Translations under genes and position numbers: made by a program
Notes under the pieces: generated by a model
What the model was told of the DNA's origin: nothing
What the model saw: only the letters and a program-made list of their open reading frames with translations
The model's database searches: none
NCBI RefSeq assembly: GCF_006345805.1
Contig: NC_043005.1
Span: forward strand, 3,968,001 to 4,032,000
Source of the DNA: Octopus sinensis
Lineage: Eukaryota
Length of the DNA stretch: 64,000 nt
Reading direction: 5' to 3'
Part shown: piece by piece, positions 38,421 through 51,333 of the stretch
Numbering within the stretch: the stretch's first letter is position 1
Layout of the letters: each line of letters begins with the position of its first letter

Positions 38421-39518
38421 AAAAAAATTTTTTTTAATTTTATTATTATTATTATTATTATTTAAAACTTTATTTCCACTTCACTGGAACTTATTATTGG
38501 TTTACTCTTGGATAGCAAGTCGCCTCAGCCATACAATAACTTTCGACTGCACTTTGCCGTTTCTAACAAGCAGGCCAGTTTCATGTATTCTGTGTGTCCC
38601 GCCACCACCGCTTGACAACCGGTGCTGGTGTGTTTACATCCCCTCATCAGTTCAGCATAAGATTGATAGAATGAGAACCAAGCTTTAAGAAAAATGAGTG
38701 TTGGAGTTGATTCATTCAACTAAACATTCTTCAAGATGGTGCCCCAGCATGGCCGCAGTCTGCTAACTGAAACAAGCATAAAGATACATATATCTTCGTA
38801 AGTACTTCCTTTTTCTTTCTCTCCTCCCTGTCTGACTCACCATGCTATATAAAAAGCATGCTTCACAACCAGGGAGTCTGGGTTGGGTTTCACTGTGCGC
38901 CCCCTTGTAAATCTGTCTTGGCAATAGTCTGCCTTTGTTCGAATTAATGACCTGTGATGAAATCCCCCCCACCCAAAAACAGAAAATTTGCGAATGCCTT
39001 TTAAGCTATAAACTATTTTCTCTCTATATGAATAGTCTAACTTCATAAAATGCTTAATTTAGCTTAATTTATTTGTATCTAGTTTTGCCGTTCCAACGAT
39101 TCCAAAGAAGGATGAGATGACGTTATCAATGGCTAGAAATTTTACGATGTTTATGTGTAGAAGAAAAAGAAATAGTAAATGTGTATATTTTGGATACCTT
39201 CTTAAAATCTTCGATTTAAATTTCAAACTTCCAAAAACTGCCTCAATTTAACTTAATCTTGAAGGGATCTTGTCCCCTATGACAGTTGACCACGAGGAGT
39301 ATTCCCGTACTTAAGGGTTCCATAAGTCCGAGAAGTTCCCAGAAGACCATCAGATATATGGTATTTATTTTGGTGGAAAGTGGGCGGGTGAAATTTAATC
39401 CTTCGCCCAACTTATTCTCGTTACATTTAGCGTGTTTAGCTTCTTAACTGGAGGGTTAGTCAAAACGACTCTAGTAATTGTGTGTGTGTGTTAAATAACT
39501 AAAGTAATTGTGTGCGTG

Positions 39519-39717
39519 TGTTAAATAAAATAAGATAACAACAAGACCAAGGCAATTTGATATTCCTTGGACATTTATAAATAGAAAGATGGCCATAAGA
39601 TAACAAGGTCAAGGCAATCTGTGATATTCTTAGGACATTTATAAGCACAAAAGTGGTCTTACAGCTGTCCTAGGAATATCAAATTACCTTAGCCTTATTA
39701 TCCTATTTTATTTAACA
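39519..39717. repeat. Small fold-back repeat with an internal ~65-bp direct duplication
   Basis: 39519-39573 is inverse to 39666-39717; TAAGATAACA at 39531 and 39596. Confidence 0.6.
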
Positions 39718-39889
39718 TGTACACCGTCACACACGACCTGTCTTAGATTTCTCACTCGTGCTGTTATTGAACCGGGAGCTTAACAGCAGTCTTTCTGTGG
39801 CGCTTACATAGCCTTACCAGCCTTTTGAGTCTTCTGGATACCAAAACATCTCATATTATAGAGAGATATAGATATATATTCATTTGTTC

Positions 39890-40256
39890 TTTTATTTGTT
39901 TCTGTCATTTGACTACGACCATGCTGGAGCACTGCCTTGAAGGGTTTTTAGCCTGGAACTTATTCTATCGGTCTCTTTGGACGAACCGCTAAGTCACGGG
40001 GACATAAACACACCAGCATCGGTTGTCAAGCGATGGCGACGGTACAAAACCCGACACAGACACACAAACATACGTAAACACACACACACATAAATATACA
40101 AGACAGGCTTCTTCTAGTTTACGTCTACCAAATTCACTCACAAGCTTTAGTCAGCTCGAGGCTATAGTAGCAGACACTTGCCCAAGGTGCCACGCAGTGG
40201 GACTGAACCCGGAACCATGTGGTTAGGAAGTAAGCTTCTTACCACATAACCACTCT
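39890..40256 (-). mobile_element. SINE family A, full-length
   Basis: Head and body motifs on the minus strand. Confidence 0.9.
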
Positions 40257-40257
40257 T

Positions 40258-40299
<42 letters not shown>

Positions 40300-40462
40300 G
40301 TTATCGCCATACTAATATGGCATTCTTATAAAAATAAGAAAAAAGCTGTCCGCTTATTAGCCCCATGAGGCCATCGCCTTAAGTTAGCTATTTGATACAC
40401 AAACTGTATCCATATAACCTTCGAACAAGGGAGGTCAGTCGCTCTACACTACTTGACCGGCA

Positions 40463-40504
40463 GCTACAGACGCGTTTCGGGGTATTGCCCCTTTTCAATG
40501 CAGC
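40463..40504 (-). ncRNA. Mirror copy of the U3-A8 hammerhead motif
   Basis: Exact reverse complement of 40862-40903. Confidence 0.8.
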
Positions 40505-40861
40505 GTAGCCAGCCAGTAGGTGTCGCTTCCGACAATCTCTGTTCGATGGTTTTATTTACCTAGTTTCGGTGGAATACATCCACTTGTTTTCAATAATAGA
40601 AATATTAAAATAACTAAGTCTCTCTAAAAGAGAACAGCGGCAGCTAATAAGCGGACAGCTTTTTTCTTATTTTTATAAGAATGCCATATTAGTATGGCGA
40701 TAACTATTATTTTCCGGGAACGCTGCTGCTGTTCTCTTTTAGAGAGACTGAGTTATTTTAATATTTCTATTATTGAAAACAAGTGGATGTATTCCACCGA
40801 AACTAGGTAAATAAAACCATCGAACAGAGATTGTCGGAAGCGACACCTACTGGCTGGCTAC

Positions 40862-40903
40862 GCTGCATTGAAAAGGGGCAATACCCCGAAACGCGTCTGT
40901 AGC
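40862..40903 (+). ncRNA. Minimal type I hammerhead ribozyme motif, U3-A8 variant (GUC site after 40897)
   Basis: Stem I GCTGCA/TGTAGC; core TTGAAAA; stem II GGGG-CAATA-CCCC; GAAA; palindromic stem III ACGCGT; C17. Confidence 0.8.
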
Positions 40904-41137
40904 TGCCGGTCAAGTAGTGTGGAGCGACTGACCTCCCTTGTTCGAAGGTTATATGGATACAGTTTGTGTATCAAATAGCTAACTTAAGGCGATGGCCTCA
41001 TGGAGCTAATAAGCGGACAGCTTTTTTCTTATTTTTATAAGAATGCCATATTAGTATGGCGATAACTATTATTTTCCGGGAACGCTGCCGCTGTTCTCTT
41101 TTAGAGAGACTTAGTTATTTTAATATTTCTATTATAT

Positions 41138-41209
<72 letters not shown>

Positions 41210-41283
41210 ACATGTCTTTCTCTTGTATAAGAAGAGTAAACCTAAATCTATAGTCGTAGTCTCACCCTGGCTCAGATTCGAAA

Positions 41284-41612
41284 CTGAATCTTTCAATTCT
41301 CCATGAGCATACGGTCTACTCAAATGTCAGAAAACACCGCGATAAATGGGTCATCCATTTCACCTGTGGCCTTCTCAGTGCCATCGTAGTCACCTGGATT
41401 ACGTGAAGCTATTCTTCTATATGATATAGCTATTCTTATAGCTTCATTCACGTCGTTCAAGCTGAATCTTTCAATTCTCCTTTAGCATACCACCTATTCA
41501 AACGTCAAAAGGAACAGTGACAAAAGGATGTTCCACTTGACCTGTAGCCTTTTCAGTGCCATCGCAGTCACCTGGATTTCGTAAAGCTATTATTCTTCTA
41601 TATGATATACCC
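41284..41612. repeat. Diverged 178-bp tandem duplication
   Basis: CTGAATCTTTCAATTCTCC at 41284 and 41462; TCAGTGCCATCG at 41375 and 41553. Confidence 0.8.
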
Positions 41613-42114
41613 ACATTTCTAGCTTCTCGGCCCAAGAAACAGTAAAAGTAATTACCCGAGCAACGACGGGTATTTCTGCTAGTACACACACACACACACA
41701 TGTCAAACTAATACACCTATTTGTTGTTCCCTCACCTGTCTTCGTCTTCTGTTTAAATTCGAACTATAGGCGCGCACGTACACACAAACACTCACATACA
41801 CTCTCACACACGCACGTACGCAGGCACACACACACACAACAGTATATATGTGTAAATTTATTAACTTTTACAAATAAAAGTTCGACACTGACTTCGAAGT
41901 TTTTGCTCACTCGCCTTCACCATATTGTCTGATAAATGTGAGCAAAGTAAATCTTCCAAATCACTATCAACCTTCTCCTTATAAAAGTAAATAGATATGT
42001 ACTCTACTAAAAAGCATTAAGTAATCCGTCACTTTGATGTTTATTTTTTAATATACATACTGACATACTGATATAAAAATAAACGCGCGCGCGCACATAC
42101 ATGTATGTATACGG

Positions 42115-42480
42115 CAAAATAGCAGCATTTCGTCCGTCTTTACATTCTGAGTTCAAATTCCCCCGAGGTCGATTCTGGGTTTCATCCTTTCGGGGTCGAT
42201 AAATTAAGTACCAGTGAAACACTGGGGTCGACGTAATCGACTAGTCCACTCCTCCAAAAATTCAGGCCCCGTGGTTTTAATAGAAAAGATTATCATGCTT
42301 AGCGGTATTTCGTCCGTCGTTACGTTCTGAGTTCAAATTCCGCCGACGTCGACTTTGCATTTCATCCTTGCGAGGATCGATAAAATATGTACCAGTCGAA
42401 CACTGGAGTCGATGTAACCGATTCGTCCTCTCCCCCAAAATAGTTGTCCTTGTGGCAAAATTTGAAAACATTATTATTAT
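42115..42480 (+). mobile_element. Two family C SINE copies
   Basis: Core at ~42150 and ~42330. Confidence 0.85.
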
Positions 42481-42665
42481 TATTATTATTATTATTGAGT
42501 GAGAGAGTAGTGCATATCATCAAAGTGACACTGGGGTAAAATATACGAAGCCCAATATACTCATCATGACTACCAGTCTGACAAAGGTACACCAGGCACA
42601 TGCATGACAACCATATGTGCGTGACACGGTGATCTCATATCAAGATAAACAGTGCATGACCTTGC

Positions 42666-42699
<34 letters not shown>

Positions 42700-43709
42700 G
42701 TGTATGAACTCGTAGGTATAAATAAATCCCAGCAGCCTCTTCCCCATTCATTTTCCATTAGAGTCACCAACAGAGAAGCACGCGCATACACATCGTATAC
42801 ATGCAAATGTTTCGTGATTGCGCATGTATGAAGTTATGACTATTTTATTTCTTTTGGTCCGCTGAACATTTATCGGTTTAATTAATACATCAGACGGGGT
42901 TAAATTATTAGGCCAAGCATAATTGACCTAAATACAATGTCATAAAGTATTAATCGGTCGTGTGATCCTGTCACCGACCAAGAAAAATTAATCCAATATA
43001 TGATAATCTAATTCAACAGGATGTACAGATTTTATTTTTCTTCTATCCTACATGTACACACACACACATACAGGTATACTCGTGCAAATACACATACTCA
43101 CATGACATATGCGCGTGCGTGCACGCATACGCACTCATGAAAATATGCATGCATGTACACACACAATTACAAAATCATATGCATGCACACATCTACACAT
43201 GCAAACACGCATACGTGGACAATAAAAAACAATCGCGCTGACATATATACATATACCCGCGCATACATACGGGTGCACAAACACACATGTATGTCACATG
43301 AGTTTCTTGCTGACGACACTTCCTCTTTAAAAGGAAATGACGTAGGTTGTACGACGTTCATGCCATTCCCAAATATGTTGGCGGCGTAAATATTTATCTG
43401 GTGATTGAAACCGCGTCGCGCTCTCAGCTGCTTTTTGCGAGCGATCACCCCAAAACATTGAGTATGGATCAGCCTATTAAGGAGCTTCTATGAGGCCGTT
43501 TGACTTACATGAAACAGCAGTCAAATTCTTGATATTTCAAACGGCTATCTTTAAGAACAAAAAAGTAGACACAAATGTCGTTCTAGATATAAATAAATAT
43601 GGGACAGTCATGGTTAGAACGCTTTTAATTATATGTCTGCTTAGTCAGGGATGACTTTTCATTAAACAATAAACCTCTGTGAATGACTTCATCAGCCAGC
43701 TTCTGAAGA

Positions 43710-43836
43710 CAGTGCTGTCTTAAAGGATGGGCACACTGAGCTCAGGGGCCGCACATATCAGGGATCCAATTCTGATTTATGTATGCTTTGTACATTAATT
43801 TTCCCGCGGGCCTACGATTCTGTTAAGACGGCTCTG
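43710..43836. mobile_element. hAT-type MITE, 127 bp
   Basis: CAGTGCTGTCTTAA / TTAAGACGGCTCTG termini; flanks TCTGAAGA and TCTGAAGG (7/8 TSD). Confidence 0.65.
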
Positions 43837-44639
43837 TCTGAAGGGCGCCAGTTCGTATCATATCTCCAACATTATGTTGGTTACACGTTGTCCAGTTCCA
43901 CTAGCTGTAAATAGGTACCAGAAAGAAACAGCAGCGGTACTGTAAAAGAGATGGGTGTATCGTTAGCATGTATTACTGAGTACAAATCCTCCTTTGCGTA
44001 TGATTACATGTATATGGAAGAAAGGAGAGATTGTAATTATGGTCACATTGATAGCATAATACTGTCCAAAGTCCGTTATAACTCTTAAAGGTAATTTACA
44101 AGTGTAAGGCAATCTCTGAAGATTTGATAATGTAATTCGCTTATGAGATTTTTACTTATATAACAGATTAATGGTGTATCTGTAAGATTACTTTTGAAAT
44201 AATCTATTACTCTCTTGTTTCATGTTTTCTATATATTGAAAGTGATCTTTTTAATTATGAAGTCTAAGCGAACGGTAACTTGGACTATAATACGAGCCCT
44301 AGCAATTTTCTCAATTGATGTATAAGGATGCAAACGGAGTTCTAAAATTGGATATGCAATGCAATTTAAATTGTTATATCATCGTGTGTGTGTGTGTGTG
44401 TGCGTGCGTGAATATGTACTACACACCTGTACAAGCCTTCCATGTTTCCATAAAGTCTATTCAGGGATCATATTCCGAGAATATGATCCCTAAGAAGAGT
44501 TAAAGAGGAACTGAAGTGCACGTATAGGCGTAGGATACATATTCGTATGTGTGCGCGGTGGTCTTACTCATTATTTAAGGTGATTATATGCGTCAATATG
44601 CACTTGTGTGTATATAAATGCACACACACATACACATTT

Positions 44640-45407
44640 GCTGTCATCTGCCTGTCGGCTCTACTCCTGCAACTCAACTTGATTTCGAGCCGGGTCGTCT
44701 GCTGCTGGAAAGGACCGATCAGGTAAAGGACCTGGGTATCTTGGTGGATTCCTCCTTTTCGCCTTCGGCCCAGTGCGTCCATGCTGCCAACAAAGCGCGC
44801 GGAATTCTGTTTTTGATTCGACGGTCATTCGGAATGCTCACAGCAGCCATATTCCTACCACTCTATGTCACGCTGGTGAGACCCATATTGGAGTATGGGA
44901 TTCAAGCCTCTTCTCCTTATCTCCTCAAAGACATACAGCATCTCGAAAGAGTCCAGAGGCTGGCTACCCGCATGGTTCATGGTCTCAAAAATTTGTCCTA
45001 CGAAGAAAGGCTGAGGACGCTCGACCTTTATTCTCTTGAAAAACGCCGCCGCCATGGTGATCTCATTCTCGCCCACAACATCATAAGCGGGAAGTGTAAC
45101 CTCTCGAAAGAGCTGTTCTTCACTCCTGCTCCAGAGCGTCGGCTGCGGGGTCATTCCGAAAAGCTCTACCTGCGACGATTTCATCTCAATCGAAGGAGAG
45201 GAGCTTTCTCCGTCCGGGTTGCGGATCCGTGGAACAAGCTGCCAGACGAGATGGTGAAGATGCCGACGACCGCTTTGTTCAAAGCCTCCCTGGACCTCAA
45301 GTGGCCTGAACTCTTTACATGAACACACCCTGTACTTAACTCCATGTCCCCCTACATGGCCTTGCTATTTGCTTTTGAGCCAAATTAACTAACTAACTAA
45401 CTAACTA
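44640..45407 (+). mobile_element. Young CR1-like LINE, 5'-truncated, open to the natural stop (45322), (ACTA)n tail
   Basis: VKDLGILVDSSFSPSAQC...LVRPILEYG...LERVQRLATRMV...RRGAFSVRVADPWNKLP; possible ACATTT TSD. Confidence 0.92.
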
Positions 45408-45689
45408 ACATTTCATATACTTATGTATTAAGCATCATTATTTAACGTCTGTTTTTCCCTACTGGCATGGTCTGGACGGTTTCGCAGGAGCTGGTAAGGC
45501 CAGGGAACGCAACAGGTTCTGTAATCTGTTTTAACTTTCGCTGGTTTCTACAGCTGGATGCCCTTCCTAAAGCCAACCACTTTACAAAGTGTACTGGCTG
45601 CTTTTTATGTGATACCGTGTAGTGTTAGGATATCACTTCAGTTGTGCTGGGCGAGTCTTCTTGAGTACATCAATGCACCATACATCACA

Positions 45690-46215
45690 GTTCTTTGTCA
45701 TTGCCTTTGTAAGACTCAGCATTTTCAGATCGACTTTTTATACTTTGTCCCATGTCTTCCTAGGTCTCGCTCTTCCACAAATTCCATTCATTTTAAGTGA
45801 TCTGCACTTCTTTATGTAACTGTGCTGCCTCACATCACTGATCCAGTGCAGTCTCCTCTCTTGCACACTGCATATAATTCCCCTTGTGCCTAACTTTTCT
45901 TTCAGTACACTAGCGTTCTGTCGCACATATACACTGACATTGCACATCCAGCAGAGCGTACCCGCCTCTTTCCTCTCTAGTCTTCACATATCCTCTAGAT
46001 TCAGGGCCCACGTCTCACTACTATGTAGCATTACAGTTCGTACGCATGCAATCTTTCTTTCATTCAGAGAGAGAGAGGGGGTCGGAGGGAGACTTTTGTT
46101 TGCTAACAGCGGCGAAAGCTCTCTGAACTTTCTCCATCCTATTCTTATTGTAGCAATTACACTTTCGGTACCTCCACCTCCACTGCTAACCAGGTCACCT
46201 AAGTAGAAGAAATTA
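45690..46215 (-). mobile_element. Decayed RTE-like LINE 3' region
   Basis: YLGDLVSSGGGGTESVIATIRIGWRKFRELSPLL, CVRTVMLHSSETW, GRARPRKTWDKV. Confidence 0.8.
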
Positions 46216-47018
46216 CTACGTCCAGAGAACCTGTGGGGGATTAGAGGAAACCAGTCTACCGTGTATCTGTAGTCTTTATGGCTCCTGTGCATCTTCCACA
46301 TATAGACACTACTTTCTCTGGTAACCTTCCTACCATTCCATTGCATCCCTTTTGTGTGTCCATAGCTTGTACTGGATAAATACATTCGAATTGAAAACGT
46401 GCGTGTATGACTATATCAGTCAATGTCAATATTGTGTGTGTATTGATGCACCATATTTGTGTTCTTGAGCAAGGTACTTCATTTCACTTTACTTCAGCTG
46501 AAAACGAGTGCCACAAGTAAAACCAGCTGAGGATTAAGTCATCGACGGGCTAATGTGCAACCCAAAGATAAGTTTTCTATTCCAAGTCCCATTACATTCT
46601 TCACAAACTGGGATAAATTAAAACCCCCGAAGGGCAGTAAGCTCAAAACAATCATTCAACTAATTTATTTAACTTTTTATCAATTATATAGTAGACGCCA
46701 TATTTGGCGTTGCATGTGTGATCGAACACATCAGAAAAATGTAAACAAATGCCTATGCCAAAGCGAGGATTGATCTAACTGGTTTCGGTGTTCTTTAGAA
46801 GAGTTCATCAGTGATCGTGTAGCTGCTTGTCTTCTGTTCATGCGGGAATTGTGTATATAGAGTCATTATTAAAGTCTTCATTGAAGCATTTATCATTTAG
46901 CCATTATTTTTCTGTCGCTGAGATTGTATAGACATTTGTTTATATTTGTCCCGTGCATTCAGTTGTGTATATGCACCCCTTAGCACATTTATATACACAC
47001 ATGTGTGTGTTCGTATAT

Positions 47019-47055
<37 letters not shown>

Positions 47056-48067
47056 TGATTAATTGATTAATTAATTAATTTTACCCTCAATTGTTGATAT
47101 ATATATATATATATATAATATATATATATATATACACACACATACATATATACATATATACACATACCACACACATACATACAAGCATGCATACGAACAT
47201 ACGTACGTACGTACAAGTAAGTGTGTGTATTGGTGGGGGTGTACATATATATACATACATTTACAAACAAACAATTACACATCGCACATTTACAACCGGA
47301 AACCCCGTCCACAAATCTCCATTTCCTTTTAATGTGCGACATATCTAGTTGTTATTTCTGGCAAAACATATACAGTTACAGAATCCATTTTCTCACCGTG
47401 ACGATGAGCAAACACTAATGTAAACAAACTGAACTTTAAGAGATTACCAGAGAGGTGTGGTGATGACGCTTTGTGTTGCTATGTAAGGAAATACGCCTTT
47501 TTGATTGGATAACTTCAGATTATACCTGCGAGTCATCGCAAGCAACGAAATTACCTTTCATTTAGCATTCGTTCTATCAGCACAACATTTCAATGAACTT
47601 ACTGCTGCTGGCGATGGTGTTGCTGCCGTTGGCGGGGGATGCTGCAGTTTTTTTTTCTTTTCCTTTTTTTAGTTGTTGTTTAACCACAGGTTTATTCAAT
47701 CCTGATCGGATAAACATATGATTAAAAGTATTCCAGCTGAGACGAACGTGTCTTTTTAGGAAAACGTTGGGAAACATTATCTAATGTGGCTCCCATTTTT
47801 TTTTTGTCTGTGGACATCTTTTGAGAGAGATTACGAGCTGTTATTTCTCGCATCTTCTTCGACTACGTGCAGGTTCCCTTATTGCTTTGTCCCGTAAAAC
47901 GTGTGTAGTAACTCCCAAATGACTTCACTGGATAAACATGTGCTGTAATTTTATACACACACACCCACACACACACAGGCAGGCATTAACGTGTATATAC
48001 CTACACTCACGCATAAACATACATACACACACACACTCATACATTACAAACAAACAAGGGATAATGG

Positions 48068-48702
48068 GGTACTACTTGAGAACAGTGGTCCGGTGCGCGC
48101 ACTCGCGCTAGCTAGTCATGACTAGTCGATCCTTACTTTGTGTTTTTGTGTGTTACTCTTTTACTTGTTTCAGTCATTTGACTGCGGCCATGCTGGAGCA
48201 CCACCTTTAATCGAGCAACTCGACCCGGGACTTATTCTTTGTAAGCCCAGTACTTATTCTATCGGTCTCTTTTGCCAAACCGCTAAGTGACGGGGACGTA
48301 AACACACCAGCATCGGTTGTCAAGCAATGCTAGGGGGACAAACACAGACACACATATATACATATATATATATACATATATACGACAGGCTTCTTTCAGT
48401 TTCCGTCTACCAAATCCACTCACAAGGCTTTGGTCGGCCCGAGGCTATAGTAGAAGACACTTGCCCAAAGTGCCACGCAGTGGGACTGAACCCGGAACCA
48501 TGTGGTTGGTAAGCAAGCTACTTACCACAAGCTACTTAGCCACTCCTGCGCCTACTTTATTTTTAAAATTATTTACTTTGGGATTTTGTGTTTTATTTAC
48601 TTTGCTAGGTGGTCGTTGTAGGATCGACTAGTCACGACTAGCTAGTGCGGATGCGCGACTATGCGAGTGCGCGCACCGCGACCACTGTTCTCAAGTAGTA
48701 CC
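48068..48702. mobile_element. Merlin-type MITE (GG...CC termini, 9-bp TSD) with a family A SINE nested at 48155-48555
   Basis: TIR GGTACTACTTGAGAACAGTGGTC; GGATAATGG duplicated at 48059-48067 and 48703-48711. Confidence 0.85.
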
Positions 48703-49239
48703 GGATAATGGTGGAACATTCCCATCAAAACTTCTGTCGAGTGTAATCATAACAGACCGGATATTGTTTGTTTGAGACGGACAAAAAAAAGTGGGTGCTG
48801 TCAGAGGTCAGCTTCCCTGCTGGCGTGAATTTCTTGTGCGAAGAAGACGACGGCGAAATTTGCTGCGATGTTTGATAAACAAATCTTTTTAAAATTCTTT
48901 TCGTACACAAAAACCAAAGTACTGTCGTAACTATGAACGACAGAATGTTGAAAGGGTTTGGAGATAATTGTTCTTGGGTTGATTGTGGTTAAAGCAACAC
49001 CCAAGAGATTGCCTATTGGTCATCGTGTTGCGGTCAGCGATCGTTCATTGGCTTGGTATTACTGTCCGGTCTGATGTCCCCTCTTCGCTGTCTCACATAC
49101 TAAATGCTAAGCAGTCGTGTCTCAATGCTCTCCGTGCTGCATTCCAGAGCTCTCTGTCTACCGGTCATGGTATGTTGAATTTATATTGATTGATAGGATC
49201 AGAAGGAAGCACGCCAAGAGATGAATTTGTTGTCGGGGC

Positions 49240-49620
49240 CTATTCCACGTGAAGTCGTGGTTGGTCAGACTTTGCCGATTAAGTGGACAATATTCCAGTG
49301 AATCACGACTGAATATATTCCCACTACAATCTCTTTGGAAAATCAAAGAAAAAGAGAATAACTATGGACAACTGCTTCGAAACTTCCAACTTCTATACCC
49401 AGATTATAAATTCACATTTATACCAATAATAATTGGTGCCGTTGGTTCTTCTGTAAGTAAATGCCGAAGTGACAATATGGATAATCTAAGGTTTCCAGAA
49501 GAAAAATCGACCAGCAAATTCACACATAACAAATACAATCTACAAGTGGAACAATAAAAATATGCAAAAACTTTTCTCAAGTTTAAAATGTTTTTGTTAT
49601 TAACATTATCAACAGAGTTT
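49240..49620 (+). mobile_element. R4/NeSL-type LINE 3' end (restriction-like endonuclease C-terminus)
   Basis: KEKENNYGQLLRNFQLLYPDYKFTFIPIIIGAVG. Confidence 0.65.
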
Positions 49621-51333
49621 TATATCTTTGTTAGAAACCAGCTTCTTCCTCAGAGGAAGATTTTAAATAACGAAGAACTGAAGAGAACATACATGCGACG
49701 TTTATATTGTTGAATAGTATATTCCTGGTTATGGTATACAACTGTTCAGAAGCACTGATGCGCTTCTGGTCAGCATGTCTGCAGAGTCATCATACTACCA
49801 AGTGCAATGGTAGATACAAAACCAATGGTAACTTCCTGACTGGTTATACTGCCACAACCAGGAAGATACAACTTAAAAATACAAAAGTATAACTGATCCA
49901 ATTCTCTTTAAGAATGTTTTTTTTCTTGCTTAAAGACAACTGACGGATAATATATATATAGAGAGAGAGAGAGAGGGGGGGAGAATATGAGGGGTTTAGT
50001 TCGCTAGTGATCTAAACAAATAGGTACGCTGAGTAAGTGCTATAATTGGTCATCCGTTAGGTTCCAAGTTCACAGCTGAGGTTGGAGCTAGGGATCTGTA
50101 TTAGGCTTTTAATATATACCTTAGTAGGTATAAGTGGAAAAGGACAACAAAAACCAATTCATGATGAGTATCTCAAGTCATTTATAATAATTTAGGGTAA
50201 GGTGTCTTCAGAGACAAGGTGAGTATGGATAAAAGTTCCAAACAGGGAAATTCGCATTTTATAAGGAATAAAATAGAAGAATAAAGAGTAGAAGTAGATA
50301 GAAGAATACAGACAGGAGAATAAAGTTCAAAGTTCATCTTTTTCCAGAGGATATGGAGGTTAGTCTGTGCTTCCATGAAGGTGTGGGCCCTTAGGTATAA
50401 TCCCAGGTGAATCCAGGCAGTATTTTGAATGATGAGTTCATGTTGAAGTATAAATGGCCCGTGTGGGTATGCAGAGTGAGAAAGACAGACATCAAGATAG
50501 ACAGAAGTGGATTGTGAGTGAGTGGATAGAAGAGAGACGGGAGAAAGAGAGAAAAGACAGGAATGGGAGATAAGTACGGTGGGGGGGGGGAGAATGAATG
50601 TAAAGCAAAAATCAAAAATCAACAACAGAAAATAAAAGAAATAAAAATGAAAAGAATAAAGAGAGAGATAAGATGCCAGTATTATTCTTCATAAGTGTTG
50701 GTTCAGGGTGAGAGGTCAGGTGTTAAAGTGGAGGAGGAGGGTATGTATATCTATTAATTAAACAGATGAAATCTAGGTTAGATGTGATCAGTGGTCAGTA
50801 GGGATAACGAAAAATAGATGCCTAGCTTAAGGGGGTGTATATAGGATGAAACTACAATTAAATGGATAAAGGATTCAAATTAAAGAATTAAAATTTAAAA
50901 GTTAAATAAAATTTTAAAATAAAATTTTTTTTTAATTAAAAATTAAAGAATTAAAGCTAGCTAGCTTCTAAGATATTTATGTTGATAGAGAAGAAAGGAA
51001 AGGAAAAGCGTACATATATTGTAACGACCATGGCTGCATATAAGCAAGTGTTATGTGTGTTGATTTTACTTGTATTTGGACTTATGGAAGAATCTAGAGG
51101 TGTAATACAACTTATGCTTACATGTAGAAAATGCTTCATGTTGTTTATTGAGTAATTATGGTAAATTAAGAATTAATATTTGGAGGGTGGATCTAATTGG
51201 TTTGGCTGCCAGCACTTAAAAAAATCAAAGTTTATTGAAATTTTTACAATTTGGCTCAATAATATACTTTTCTAAGCTGAACTGCTGGAGTTATTTCACT
51301 TTTTCCATAAAAATGATTTTACAAAGTTATACA

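Larger units (their letters stand above)
40294..41136. mobile_element. Retrozyme/Penelope-like non-autonomous element: inverted 351-bp permuted copy plus ~1.36 tandem copies of a 362-bp unit
   Basis: GCTAATAAGCGG at 40643 and 41005 (period 362); 40294-40644 is the reverse complement of 40722-41072 with about 4 mismatches; (TA)n on both sides. Confidence 0.85.

Noticed and set aside
44618-45322. 234-aa ORF as a host gene
   Set aside because: It is the 3' end of a CR1-like ORF2 with near-identical copies in the window; the ATG comes from flanking microsatellite.
50180-50625. 147-aa minus-strand ORF as a gene or Penelope fragment
   Set aside because: Low-complexity Ser/Leu/Phe-rich flanks and no diagnostic motif I can name with confidence.
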